From an uncultured delta proteobacterium (GTDB taxonomy: Bacteria; Desulfobacterota; Desulfobacteria; Desulfobacterales; Desulfatirhabdiaceae): a stretch of 64,000 nt of DNA. A model generated the notes under the pieces. The model was not told the origin of the DNA. It saw only the letters and a program-made list of their open reading frames with translations, and did not search any database. The DNA is taken from positions 1-64,000 of the forward strand of contig CAWBKP010000017.1 in the NCBI GenBank assembly GCA_963789395.1, written 5' to 3'. The position numbers and the translations under genes were made by a program. Positions 53,720 to 64,000 of this stretch are shown here, one piece after another. Numbering within the stretch: position 1 is the stretch's first letter; the number at the start of each line of letters is the position of its first letter.

Positions 53720-54778
53720 TCACATCTTTCCCCGTTCCTTGGCGATGTTGATGTAGGTTTCAACAGTATTGGCAGGAGGGGTCCAGCGATCTTCAACTGC
53801 TTTTTCAACCAGGTGAATGGCCTCAAAACTGCAGGAGGTCACGCAAAGGCCGCAGCCGATGCAGCGCTCAATTTTTACCCTGGCAACGTCATCGACCTCA
53901 ATGGCCTTCATCTGGCAGCGCTCCTGGCAGATCCCGCATCCTGTGCAATCATCGGCAATGACTTCCGCAAAATAATTGCTGTGGACCGCTTTGGCCGGCG
54001 CATCCAGGGCGTTCAGGTTTTTCAGGATCTGACAGCAGCATCCGCAGCACAGGCAGATGTTGGTGGGTTTCTGGGAGTTTCCGGGCTGTAGGACAAGGCC
54101 TGCTTCCATGCCCTTTGCCAGAATTTCGAGGGCTTCGGACTGTCCGATGCTTCGTCCCAGACCGTTTTCTTCATAATAATAGGCCCCGCTTCCAAATGCC
54201 AGACAGACTTCAACCGGCCGGTCGCAGCCCTTGCCTGCCATTTTGTGTTCGGTTCGGCAGATGCATGGGGTGACTACGATTTTAGACTGTTTTTTGATAA
54301 TCTGCTCGGCTTCGTCATAAGGCATGGTGAGCATTTCCGCGGAAATGCTCTTTGAAATGGGAATGACACGTAGCTGCTTGGTTTTTGTTTCTGTCCATGC
54401 CTTGTTCATAAAGGAAGAAGAATATTCGTTAAAGTCCTTGATCAGGTCCAGATCCAGGCTTTTTACGTGGTATTCCCAGATGCCCACCACGAACTGGGCG
54501 GCCATGTAAAACGTCTGTCCGTGTTTGCCGGATCTGTAAATCAGTCCCTTGCGGGACATGTCATATAGAATTGGGGCAAGTTCTGCCTCGTCCATTTTCA
54601 ACCGTTCGGCAATGGCGGAAACCGTTTCCGGCATCATCACCAGACCTGCGGCGATTTCAGCTTCCCGGGGAGTAAACAGCCGTTTGAGTATCCGGAGCTC
54701 GACGCCGGTTTCGGTTGCCGGAAAACCGGCAGGAAGGTTGTCCAGATGTCGGGCAAGGTTTTTGTAAACGTCAGTCAT
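53720..54778 (-). CDS. Iron-sulfur protein (N-terminal HTH-like region, CxCR, CLCCGCCC, two C-terminal 4Fe-4S motifs)
   Basis: Cys motifs CICR, CLCCGCCC, CTGCGICQERC, CIGCGLCVTSC. Confidence 0.85.
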   Translation of the reverse strand: MTDVYKNLARHLDNLPAGFPATETGVELRILKRLFTPREAEIAAGLVMMPETVSAIAERLKMDEAELAPILYDMSRKGLIYRSGKHGQTFYMAAQFVVGIWEYHVKSLDLDLIKDFNEYSSSFMNKAWTETKTKQLRVIPISKSISAEMLTMPYDEAEQIIKKQSKIVVTPCICRTEHKMAGKGCDRPVEVCLAFGSGAYYYEENGLGRSIGQSEALEILAKGMEAGLVLQPGNSQKPTNICLCCGCCCQILKNLNALDAPAKAVHSNYFAEVIADDCTGCGICQERCQMKAIEVDDVARVKIERCIGCGLCVTSCSFEAIHLVEKAVEDRWTPPANTVETYINIAKERGKM

Positions 54779-54800
54779 TAAGTCTCCTATCAAACCATTC

Positions 54801-56499
54801 TCATGCGTTCATTTCATAAGCTTCTTTCAGAGCATGGACCTGGTCTTTCCATATTTTTTCAAAACGGTCCGAATTGACCACCGGCTTTTGAATCATTTGC
54901 AGGCAAAGATCCATCTGCTTTTGCGTGCTGCTTGGCTTGGAGTAGAGCTGAAGCGCAAATTTGGAAAAATCCCTGACCATGAAATCAAAAATCTGATCGA
55001 CCATATCGTTTTCAACCGACTGAATGGCCGCGCTTTCAAGGATCAGCTGGCCATAAGCCACCAGGGTGAAGAGTTCGCCGACGATCAGCAGAAAATCGAT
55101 GTCCTTGGCCTGTTCCGCGCTGGGCGTTGCGGTTGCCAGAAAGGTTTTGAGCACGTTGATCTGGGCCTTGAAGATGTCGATGTTGGGAAGATTCAGGCTC
55201 CTGTAAGCAATCTCAAAATCATGGAACCGGATCTTCCCCAGTCCTTTGGTGGGGCCTTGATGGAACAGAAAATCGTCATTGACCGGATCCGTTCTTCTTG
55301 GAATTTCCGGAAAGACATCGGGGTTAAAGAAGAAATTGGGCATGAATTTGATGATAAGTGCCATATTCACATGAACCGTGCCTTCCAGCTTCGGAAGGGC
55401 GCGAATGTCTCTGGCCGCCATCTCAAAATACATGTCTTTTTCAAAGCCTTTAGCGGCAATCACGTCCCAGAGCAGGTTGATCACTTCTTCCCCTTGCGTG
55501 GTCACCTTCATCTTGACCATGGGATTGTAGAGCAGATAGCGCCGGTCCGTTGCCGAAGCGCTTCGCATATAGTCTGCGGCCCTTGCAGCAAAGAGCTTCA
55601 TGGCCAGAAGGCGCGCATAGGCGTCTGTAAACAGCTGTTTGACATGCGGAAAATCCGTAACTAAATGGTTGAACAGCCTCCGGTTTGCGGCATGGCGAAT
55701 GGCTTCATAGAAGGCGTGGGTGCAGATGCCGATGGAAGCCCAGCCGAGATTGAATTTGCCGACATTGATGGTGTTTAAAGACGAATCCCAGGCCTGCTGG
55801 CCCCGGGTGAGAATATCGCCATCGGTGATGGGATAGCTGTGCAGGGCGTACTGGGCCACATAATTCTGGGAATTCACCACATTTTTAACGCACTCATAAT
55901 TGGGGTGCTGTGAATTTACGGCAAAAAACACGTATTCGTCACTGTCCGCCATTTTTCCGAATGTTGAAACCAGGGCGGCCTCGTTGGCGTTTCCGATATA
56001 ATACTTGCCGCCGTCCGCCCGGTATTCGCCGTCTTTAATTTCGGTAAGGGTCATTTCGCTGGCATACAGGTCTGCGCCGTGTTCTTTTTCGGAAAGACCG
56101 AAGGCAAAGATTTCGCCGTCCTTTAAGAGCTGGGCGGTTTTTTGTTTGACGGCTTCATTCTGGCCCATCCAGATCGGGCCGAGTCCCAGAATGGTAACCT
56201 GCCAGGTGTACCAGTACGGCAGCCCATAAAACCCCAGTATCTCGCTGAAATCGCAGTTCCGGGCCGTATCCCAGCGGCAGTCTTTTCCGCCGTAGGCAGT
56301 CGGGGTCAGCAGCTGACGAAAATATCCGGTTTTCTTTTAAAAAATCCAGAAAATCCCTGTACCATACCCGCTCATGATCATCGTGTTTCAGCCGGGCCTT
56401 TCCTTTATTTTCAAAAAAAGCAATGGTCTGAAGCATGATTTGACGCGAGGGCTCGTCAAGATGTTCAAATTTTTCTGATTTTGGATTTAACAGTTTCAT
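54801..56499 (-). CDS. Acyl-CoA dehydrogenase (long FadE-like); frameshifts in the 5' part
   Basis: FGLSEKEHGAD, KYYIGNAN, IRALPKLEGTVHVN. Confidence 0.88.
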
Positions 56500-56529
56500 G
56501 TAGGTCTTTACCCCTCAGGTTGTGCCGGA

Positions 56530-57054
56530 TTATCTGCGAATGGTCACCTTGTTCATGACAACCGGCGTTACCGGACGATCCATGGGGCCGGTTTGAACCG
56601 AGCCGATTTTCCGGACAACATCCATGCCGCTGATGATTTTGCCAAAAACCGTATGGCGGTTGTTCAGGTGCGGGGTGGGGGCAAGGGTGATGAAAAACTG
56701 GCTGCCGTTGGTGCCGGGGCCTGCATTGGCCATTGACAGAACGCCTTCGCCATCGTGAATCAGGGTGGGATGGAATTCATCTTTAAACCGGTAGCCGGGC
56801 CCGCCGGTTCCGGTTCCCAGGGGGCATCCGCCTTGAATCATGAAACCTTCGATGACCCGGTGAAACGAAAGCCCATCATAAAAATTGCCTTTCCGGTCGG
56901 TTTCCTGCCGGCCTTCGGTCAGGTTGATAAAATTCCAGACAGTCTCCGGGCATTCACTTGCATAGAGTTCGGCTTCAAAATTCCCCAGCGTGGTTTCAAA
57001 CACTGCGATGGGGCGTGAAATGTCTTCCTTGTGCATATTTTTGGTGATAGCCAT
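56530..57054 (-). CDS. Cyclophilin-type peptidyl-prolyl isomerase
   Basis: FHRVIEGFMIQGG, SMANAGPGTNGSQFFIT, HTVFG. Confidence 0.96.
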   Translation of the reverse strand: MAITKNMHKEDISRPIAVFETTLGNFEAELYASECPETVWNFINLTEGRQETDRKGNFYDGLSFHRVIEGFMIQGGCPLGTGTGGPGYRFKDEFHPTLIHDGEGVLSMANAGPGTNGSQFFITLAPTPHLNNRHTVFGKIISGMDVVRKIGSVQTGPMDRPVTPVVMNKVTIRR

Positions 57055-57320
57055 GAATTTCTCCTGATTGATTATAGATTATAGACAGAACATCTTGCTT
57101 CCGATGGTAATTTAATGGGTTTTCCCCATAAAGGCAAGAGGGGAAAGTCGACTTCAGATCAAACTTAATGATGGCATACACGTGTTTCCGGTGCCGGCTT
57201 TAAGAATAATCCGGCAAGAAAAAAGATTTTTTTATTGTTTCATTGATTGATTAACGATATGGATCCAGGTGAAATATAGTCCTAATCTGCTGAATTCAAG
57301 GCCATTGGGGGCTTATTACA

Positions 57321-59318
57321 ATGAAAAGCCATCATGACACTGTCCTGCCCGCCGAGATGGCGGATCCCGATTCAATGGATGTCAATCCATTCACCCTGGC
57401 ATTTGCAAGCGATCTTGAAGCGCAGTTTCAAGTCGACTACTACAACAAATCATTGCCGCTGGTTCGACTGTCTCTGGTTGCGGGCATTGTTTTATACGGT
57501 CTGTTCGGCATACTGGACTCCGAGCTCATTCCTTCCATGAAGGAAATTCTCTGGACGATCCGATTTGCAGTGATCTGCCCATTTTTGATGGGTCTGATCG
57601 GGCTCTCCTATTCATCTCAATTCAGCAGATACTTCCAAATGGCCATGTGTACGGGAATGGTGATATCCGGCGTGGGCATCATCATCATGATTTCGATAAT
57701 TCCTTCGCCAGTGAATAACTTCTATTATGCGGGCCTGATCCTGATTTTTATATGGGGGTATACCTTTACCAGGGTACGTTTTGTCTGGGCTACGGTGGCC
57801 GGCTGGATTATTGTGGCATTGTATGAAATTGTCGCCATCTGGATCAATGATACGCCGCGGCCGGTATTGATCAGTAACAATTTTTTCTTCATAAGCGCCA
57901 ATTTTGCCGGCATGCTCTCCAGTTACTATATCGAATATTACTGCCGCAGGGATTTTTATCTTGCGTTTCTGCTGGAGCGGGAACAGGAAAATATCGCTGC
58001 CGCCAATCGTGCACTTGAAAGAATTGTTGCGGAGCGGACTGCCGAGTTAAGCGAAACCAACCGGAATTTGCGCCAGGAGATTGCAGAAAAAAGACAGGCT
58101 GAAGAAAAAAAGGCGGAACTTGAGAATCAGCTCCAGCATGCTCAAAAAATGGAAGCCATCGGCACCCTTGCAGGAGGTATTGCACATGATTTCAATAATT
58201 TACTTATGTCAATTCAGGGCTATACATCGCTGATGCTTATGGATTCCGGTGTCAGCCAGATCCAACGTGACAAGCTGAAGCATATCGAGCAATCGGTTCA
58301 CAGGGGTTCGGAGCTGACCAAGCAATTGCTGGGTTTTGCACGTGGAGGAAAATATGAAGTCAGGCCCACCAATATCAATGAACTTGTCGATAAGAGTTCC
58401 CAGCTCTTCGGGCGCACGAAAAAGGAAATATCAATTACCAGCAGATATGATCCGAATATCTGGATTGTAGAAGTTGATCAGGGGCAAATTGAGCGCGTGA
58501 TGTTGAATCTGTATCTCAACGCATTGCAGGCAATGCCGGCAGGAGGGCGTCTGTTGCTTGAAACCAGTAATGTCGTTCTTGATAATGATTCGGCGAGTAG
58601 GTGCCGCATGGTGCCTGGAAAATATGTAAAAATCAGCGTTTCAGATACGGGAATCGGTATGGATGAGCGGACAAGGGAAAGGGTTTTTGAGCCGTTTTTC
58701 ACCACCAAGGAAATGGGAAGGGGCACAGGCCTTGGGTTGGCGTCCGCCTATGGTATCGTGAAATCCCATGGCGGACTGATTGATGTTGAAAGCCGGGTCG
58801 GGCAGGGTTCAACCTTCAATATTTATTTGCCTGCTTCAGAGAAGACGGCGGTCAGTGAAATCTCGACATCTGCGGCACTGCTCAAGGGCGATGAAACCAT
58901 TCTTCTCGTAGATGACGAAGAACCGGTACTTGATGTGGGAATCGAGATACTTCAATGGCTGGGTTATACGGTTTTTCCTGCGCGATGCGGAAAGGAAGCC
59001 ATATCCATACTGAAGGGAAGTAACGTTAAAATCGACCTGGTAATTCTGGATATGATCATGCCTGAGATGGGCGGTGGTAAAACCTTTGATGCGATAAAAC
59101 AGTTGTGTCCCGGGCAGAAGGTCCTGCTTTCCAGCGGCTACAGCATATCCGGCGAGGCCAGACAGATCCTGGGCCGGGGATGTAACGGATTTATCCAAAA
59201 ACCTTTTGGTATCGAGACACTTTCCTGTAAAATTCGGGAAATACTGGATTCCGTTTCATCATCATCAGCAGCAGCAGATTGCGCTGCCGGATCCAATGAA
59301 AAGGATCTGCGGGAATGA
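57321..59318 (+). CDS. Membrane-bound hybrid histidine kinase (about 6 TM input, HisKA, HATPase, REC)
   Basis: Hydrophobic N-terminus; [34 protein letters not shown]...DMIMP...QKPF. Confidence 0.95.
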   Translation: MKSHHDTVLPAEMADPDSMDVNPFTLAFASDLEAQFQVDYYNKSLPLVRLSLVAGIVLYGLFGILDSELIPSMKEILWTIRFAVICPFLMGLIGLSYSSQFSRYFQMAMCTGMVISGVGIIIMISIIPSPVNNFYYAGLILIFIWGYTFTRVRFVWATVAGWIIVALYEIVAIWINDTPRPVLISNNFFFISANFAGMLSSYYIEYYCRRDFYLAFLLEREQENIAAANRALERIVAERTAELSETNRNLRQEIAEKRQAEEKKAELENQLQHAQKMEAIGTLAGGIAHDFNNLLMSIQGYTSLMLMDSGVSQIQRDKLKHIEQSVHRGSELTKQLLGFARGGKYEVRPTNINELVDKSSQLFGRTKKEISITSRYDPNIWIVEVDQGQIERVMLNLYLNALQAMPAGGRLLLETSNVVLDNDSASRCRMVPGKYVKISVSDTGIGMDERTRERVFEPFFTTKEMGRGTGLGLASAYGIVKSHGGLIDVESRVGQGSTFNIYLPASEKTAVSEISTSAALLKGDETILLVDDEEPVLDVGIEILQWLGYTVFPARCGKEAISILKGSNVKIDLVILDMIMPEMGGGKTFDAIKQLCPGQKVLLSSGYSISGEARQILGRGCNGFIQKPFGIETLSCKIREILDSVSSSSAAADCAAGSNEKDLRE

Positions 59319-60424
59319 ATATCGCAAAAGCGTTTAAAGAGCATTTCGAAGAGCTTCAGGAAAGACATGTGCTGCTTAGAGAGCAACTTAACGTCTGCTC
59401 TGCCACCGGAGAAGAACTTGAAAGCATTTTGTCCGCGGAAATTCAAAAATATGAGGGGTGGCGCCATGCGCTGATGGATCAATTGGGGCAGATCTCTTCC
59501 GATTTTAATCAGAAAGACAAAAATCTCCATAAAGCATATGTTCGTCAAACGACTTATCATCAAATCGTCCAGGAAGCTCCCTTTTATTGGCGAATCATCA
59601 ATAAGCCCAATGGATATGCAGGCGATGCCTTTTTGATGGACTTCATCTACCGGAATCGGTTCGAAGGAAAAACGCCATTTGGAAAAATGCTGCATAAAAA
59701 CGCTTTGGCCAGCAAGGCTTGTCAGGCTGTCAGAAACCGAAAGGCTTTTTTGAAAGAACAGATTTTGAAAACTGGATCCGGCAAAGTACTCAGTTTGGCT
59801 GCAGGTTCCGCAGAAGAGATCAGAGAAATCCTGAACGGATCTGCTGGGGAAAAATTCTATTTTCATGCCCTGGATCATGATATGGACACCATGACCGCTT
59901 TTCAGGAAATGCCGAAGAAGGGGCGGTTCGAATATTTTCTGGCAAATGCATTTCAAATAACCTCCAAAGCATACAATCTGGCCAGCCCCAGACCCATGTT
60001 TTCGTCATACTGTCATCCGAGAAGGGATTTTCGGGGGTGGCGGCGTCTTTTTATCCATATGAAATACAAACTGGATTCTTTAAAGATCGAGGACTATGAC
60101 CTTATTTACAGCGCGGGACTCTACGATTATGTCAAAACATTTATGTTGAACGCTTCCAGGGGAACCATTGCCCTGACCCGTAATCTGTTCGTCGATCTGT
60201 TAAAACCGGGCGGAATGCTCATCGTCGGGAACTTCAGCCACAATAACCCCAGGGACGTTCGTTTTGCCATGGAGTATATTTATGATTGGAATTTGATCTA
60301 CCGCAGTAAAGATGAGATATTCGATTTTGTCAGGGATATACCCAAAAAACAGATTCAGGAGATGGAGTTGTTGGAAGAGCCTCTGGGAATTAATTATTTT
60401 TTAAAAGTCGTCAAGAAGGGATGA
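59315..60424 (+). CDS. Class I SAM-dependent methyltransferase, PhcB-like family
   Basis: KPNGYAGDAFLMDFIY, AVRNR, LSLAAGSAEE, YDLIYSAGLYDY, LKPGGMLIVGNF, WNLIYRS; ATGA overlap with the kinase. Confidence 0.8.
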   Translation: MNIAKAFKEHFEELQERHVLLREQLNVCSATGEELESILSAEIQKYEGWRHALMDQLGQISSDFNQKDKNLHKAYVRQTTYHQIVQEAPFYWRIINKPNGYAGDAFLMDFIYRNRFEGKTPFGKMLHKNALASKACQAVRNRKAFLKEQILKTGSGKVLSLAAGSAEEIREILNGSAGEKFYFHALDHDMDTMTAFQEMPKKGRFEYFLANAFQITSKAYNLASPRPMFSSYCHPRRDFRGWRRLFIHMKYKLDSLKIEDYDLIYSAGLYDYVKTFMLNASRGTIALTRNLFVDLLKPGGMLIVGNFSHNNPRDVRFAMEYIYDWNLIYRSKDEIFDFVRDIPKKQIQEMELLEEPLGINYFLKVVKKG

Positions 60425-60449
60425 ATACCAGGCTTTTCGACCCCGTTGT

Positions 60450-60857
60450 TCAGACCCATCCTGGAGTTTGGATCGGTCCGGTCTGCCCGTAGGGAATGTA
60501 ACATTTGATATCGATCAGCGGAGAGCCATCGCGGGCGTCCATATCTTCTACTTCGATGATCGTGTCCTGAATGGACAAGATGCGGCAGAGGGTCAGGGCA
60601 ATGAGATTGGGCCGCATGGGCGAATGCGTGGCAAAGACGCCGGTTATGGGATTGCTCGGATCTTTTCGGGGGTGCACCTGAAGGGTGCCGCGCAACGCCG
60701 GGGTATCGTTTTCATGAAACCAGTACATGACATGGATGTGTGAAAATCCTTCCAGACCCAAAAGGGCATCTTTGTAGCAGGGGTCGATTTCCATCCAAGT
60801 TCTCTCACCGTCTTTTCGAATGACGCCGATGGGCTTGACAGTATAGGTATTTTCCAT
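60450..60857 (-). CDS. tsaA: tRNA (m6t6A37) methyltransferase TrmO/TsaA-like
   Basis: KPIGVI, GLEGFSHI, GVFATHSPMRPNLI, DGSPLIDIK. Confidence 0.85.
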   Translation of the reverse strand: MENTYTVKPIGVIRKDGERTWMEIDPCYKDALLGLEGFSHIHVMYWFHENDTPALRGTLQVHPRKDPSNPITGVFATHSPMRPNLIALTLCRILSIQDTIIEVEDMDARDGSPLIDIKCYIPYGQTGPIQTPGWV

Positions 60858-61042
60858 TTTGCACTCCTGGTGAGGGGTTTGCTGAGTCATTTTAACTGTC
60901 TTGTCTTCTTATATCCGTTATTTCTTGGGATCAACATAAAATATCCCGCTATCTTTCAATCCTTGAAATCCGGGTGTTGTGCCCGGCAAAAAAGATAACA
61001 ATGATTTTTCAACTTAAAAATCGCATCTGAAAACAAATAAAC

Positions 61043-61943
61043 ATGAAACTTCGGGCGGCAATTATTATTTTTGATTTTGTTCATGATTTCCTGTATTCAT
61101 GACCAAAGCTGGCTGGACAACAAGCCAATCCGGAACGGTGCAGGAAGCTTTATCTTCAGAGACAGGAAGGGCAATCCGGAAAAACCGGTGACTGTATGGT
61201 ATTATCAGCCATCAGGCCTTTCTTCCGAGTCACCGCTGGTATTTGTCATGCACGATGCCAAGCGGGACGCGCAGCTGTATCGGGACGAATGGGCGGAATA
61301 TGCCGAGCATGCAGGCTTTCTGCTGATTGTGCCGGAATTTTCTCATAAGTATTATCCCGGTATAAGAGAATATAACGAAGGCAACCTCTTTGATAAAAAG
61401 GGAAACCCCATTCCGGAAAATGACCGCGCTTTCACGGTAATTGAGCATTTGTTTGACTTTGTTAAGGAGGCGACGCAGAATCGGAATCTGTCGTACGATA
61501 TTTATGGCCATTCCGCAGGCGGGCAGTTTGTTCAGCGGATGATTCTGTTCAAGACGGATGCCCGCATTCGAACAGCCATTGCAGCAAATCCGGGCGTATA
61601 TGCAATGGCGAGCTTTTCTGAAAAATATCCCTACGGCATCAGAAACTCAGGTGTGATTCCTGAAGAACTGAGGGCTGCATTCAAAAGGAAGTTTATCCTG
61701 CTACTTGGTGAAAAGGATGTGGTGGCGGACGATGCGTGTCCTGCCAGTTCGCCTGAAGTCCGGGCGCAGGGAGATTCCTGTTTTGAACGGGGAATGAATT
61801 TTTATGCTTCTGCAAAACATGAAGCATCCCGGCTGGGCATGATATTTAACTGGCAATTGAAAATACTTCCCGGCGCAGCCCACCAGGATGCGCAATTGGC
61901 GCAAACTGCGCAACAGCTGTTTTTTCCCGTGGGAAAGGATTGA
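61043..61943 (+). CDS. Alpha/beta-hydrolase, probable lipoprotein; apparent frameshift in a T-run near 61070
   Basis: GHSAGGQF nucleophile motif; ATG at 61043 gives the signal MKLRAAIII...FMISC if the T-run indel is corrected. Confidence 0.75.
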
Positions 61944-62242
61944 TAACACAGCAGGCTTTAAGTCCTTTAGCGCAAGGAGCGTCCGGATATGCTATCATAA
62001 GATTGTGAAGGCAAATCGGAATAAGGAGACAGGATAAGATGAAAAAGATGATCTGGATAATTTTGGCGATTGCCATTGGATTCAGCGGCTGTCTGAGTTT
62101 TGCGCCGGCAGGCCCGAATGAAAATCGATCCTGGGACGGTCTCCATGATCCGAACCTGAGAAGGGGGAATCATTAGCCGACGGGAATGCCGGCAGTTCGA
62201 CAGCCAGACGGACAAATTCCATCCGGAGTCTGCCCGGGGGCT

Positions 62243-63040
62243 TTATCCGGATGCCACCAGCAGACAGAATATTCCTGCCGCAAGTATCATGCGATACCAG
62301 CCAAAGACAATGAAAGTGTGGGTTTGAATGTAGTTCAGAAGCCATTTGACCGTGATAAACGAAATCATCGCGGACACGATAAATCCAAGCAGCAGCAACC
62401 CCCAGTTTTCATGAGCAGCGCCGGGCTGCAAATGGCGCAGTGCCTGAAAAATCTTTAGACCACCGGCAGCCAGCATGGTCGGAATGCCGACAAGAAAGGA
62501 AAACTCCGTAGCAGCCGGCCGGCTCAGGCCCGTCATCAGCATCAGCAGAATGGTTACGCCTGAACGGGATGCTCCCGGAAACACGGCTGCTACCAACTGC
62601 CCGATGCCCACAAGCACCGCGACGGCCCAGGTAACCGATCCCTTCGGTCTTTTTCCGCGCAGCCATTTTTCTATGATCAGAAATCCGATTCCGCCTATCA
62701 GCATTGCCCAGGCAACCGGCCCGAGTTTTTCCGGCAGTTTGAATCCGGCCTTTGTCAACAGGAGGCCACCGATGCCGGTGATGACGAATGCGGTCAGAAT
62801 CTTGAATGCATAATCCCGGGTGGATTTTCGCCGCCACTGAAATGCAAATTGATGCAGGCGCTCGGGAAAGAGCGGCAGAACGGCAATGACAGCGCCGCTT
62901 TGAATAACGATGTTGAACAGATCGCTCTGACGTGGCAACCAGTGCTCAGCGATGAGCAGGTGGGCAGTCGAGGATATCGGCAGAAACTCTGTGATCCCCT
63001 CGATAATTCCGAGGATAATGATGGCAACCCATTCTGGCAT
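62243..63040 (-). CDS. uppP: Undecaprenyl-diphosphate phosphatase
   Basis: EGITEFLPISSTAH, PGASRSG, AATEFSF, FGWYR. Confidence 0.95.
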   Translation of the reverse strand: MPEWVAIIILGIIEGITEFLPISSTAHLLIAEHWLPRQSDLFNIVIQSGAVIAVLPLFPERLHQFAFQWRRKSTRDYAFKILTAFVITGIGGLLLTKAGFKLPEKLGPVAWAMLIGGIGFLIIEKWLRGKRPKGSVTWAVAVLVGIGQLVAAVFPGASRSGVTILLMLMTGLSRPAATEFSFLVGIPTMLAAGGLKIFQALRHLQPGAAHENWGLLLLGFIVSAMISFITVKWLLNYIQTHTFIVFGWYRMILAAGIFCLLVASG

Positions 63041-63152
63041 GCATGCCTTAAACCCGATTATCGTAAGCTTGTCAAGAAACAAAATAATCCTGGCGTAAGT
63101 TTTGTATTACTGAGAGGCAAGGTCTTCAGGGGAGTGGCCGGAGACGGGCTTT

Positions 63153-64000
63153 TTATCTGCCGGTGTACCGGATGGCATGAATACCATGGGCAAGGTCATC
63201 GGCCAGTTCCGTCAAGAGCCGCACCTCCTCTGTTCCAAATGTGCCGGGTTTTTCGGCATATAGGCTAAGGGCGCCAAGAATCCGCTCTTTTGCTGAAAGC
63301 GGCAGGGATATCATGGATGCATACCCATGCCGGGTTGCATCTGCCTGCAAGGGGGCAAACTGGGGGTCACCAAAAACATCGTCGATGATGGCCGGGTGCC
63401 TGTTTCGAATGGCTCTGACTTGCGGGCTGCATGCTGTTTCCGCCCTGGATTCGGGAACGGTATGCTGGATTTCATTCTGGCACTTGGTCTGGTTTCTGGC
63501 CACTGCTGCCAGAGTCACGGTTCCGTGGGCGCCATTTTCGGCATAACCGACCCGGGCCATTCGGTATGCACCGATGTCGACAAGGATTTGGCAAATTTTC
63601 TGATTCAGTTGCGTTTCATCGATTTCACGAATTATCTCATGGCGGCAGGCGGAAATGGCGGACAGCGTGCGGTTGAGGTTTTCCAATCGCTCATGCATCC
63701 CTTTTTGACGATCCATCATGCCATTGATTGCAGTTGCCAGCGCTGCGAATTCTTTTCCGGAGGGAATCTGAATCCGAGATCCCGGATCTCCCCGGCGGAT
63801 CTTATAGATGGAATTCTGAATGAAAAGAACGGGATATAGAACCCGGCGCAAAATCATCCACTGGAAGACAAGCCCAGTGACAGCGGTAAAGATCGTCGCA
63901 CACCATATCAGGGTTTCAACCTGAACAAGGTTTTCTCGAAAAACACCCCCGTTTCCGATTGGATCAGTATTTTCAGAAGTAATTTGCTGGAGTTGCTCCA
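63153..64000 (-). CDS. TM-HAMP-GAF domain protein (5' end outside the window)
   Basis: Frame open to the window end; TM then HAMP (VLYPV...KEFAALATAINGM); GAF (GYASMISLPL...LGALSLYA...LADDLAHG). Confidence 0.8.
   Translation of the reverse strand, partial: EQLQQITSENTDPIGNGGVFRENLVQVETLIWCATIFTAVTGLVFQWMILRRVLYPVLFIQNSIYKIRRGDPGSRIQIPSGKEFAALATAINGMMDRQKGMHERLENLNRTLSAISACRHEIIREIDETQLNQKICQILVDIGAYRMARVGYAENGAHGTVTLAAVARNQTKCQNEIQHTVPESRAETACSPQVRAIRNRHPAIIDDVFGDPQFAPLQADATRHGYASMISLPLSAKERILGALSLYAEKPGTFGTEEVRLLTELADDLAHGIHAIRYTGR

Noticed and set aside
61846..62345. Short ORFs between the hydrolase and uppP
   Set aside because: Overlapping frames without motifs; cannot be supported as genes.

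Overview
Chromosomal segment of a moderately GC-rich anaerobic deltaproteobacterium. The gene content suggests a Desulfobacterales-like sulfate reducer (inference). About 17 genes, including essential glmM, are split by single-base indels, most likely long-read assembly errors. Positions 1-16.9 kb hold a decaying integron: a long IntI integrase on + and a divergent cassette array on -. The array has two complete attC sites plus several half or degenerate ones, and cassettes for a DxD-motif hypothetical protein, a DUF3089 hydrolase, a lipocalin-like fragment, a sulfotransferase and a TIR-transmembrane protein. It also contains a deleted group IIC-attC intron, an IS4-like fragment, and non-cassette blocks (S8 protease, iorAB). 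Positions 17-37 kb carry glpK, an orphan TolC, an MTA/SAH deaminase, a nucleoside ABC transporter, and a pfaBC-oleA-oleB-oleC polyunsaturated fatty acid/hydrocarbon cluster lacking oleD, pfaA and pfaD. Positions 37-64 kb carry dinJ-yafQ, glmU-like/glmM, yccA, a Cys/His/Pro-rich leader-type ORF before a truncated Tim44-family gene, ispF-cysS-PHP, glutaryl-CoA dehydrogenase/CMD/gcdA, an acyltransferase-esterase fusion, mnmA, ferredoxins, an acyl-CoA dehydrogenase, a cyclophilin, tsaA, uppP and a HAMP-GAF gene. The best candidate for an undescribed system is a multi-TM hybrid histidine kinase translationally coupled to a PhcB-like methyltransferase (possible fatty-acid-methyl-ester quorum sensing). 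No rRNA, tRNA or CRISPR array was seen.
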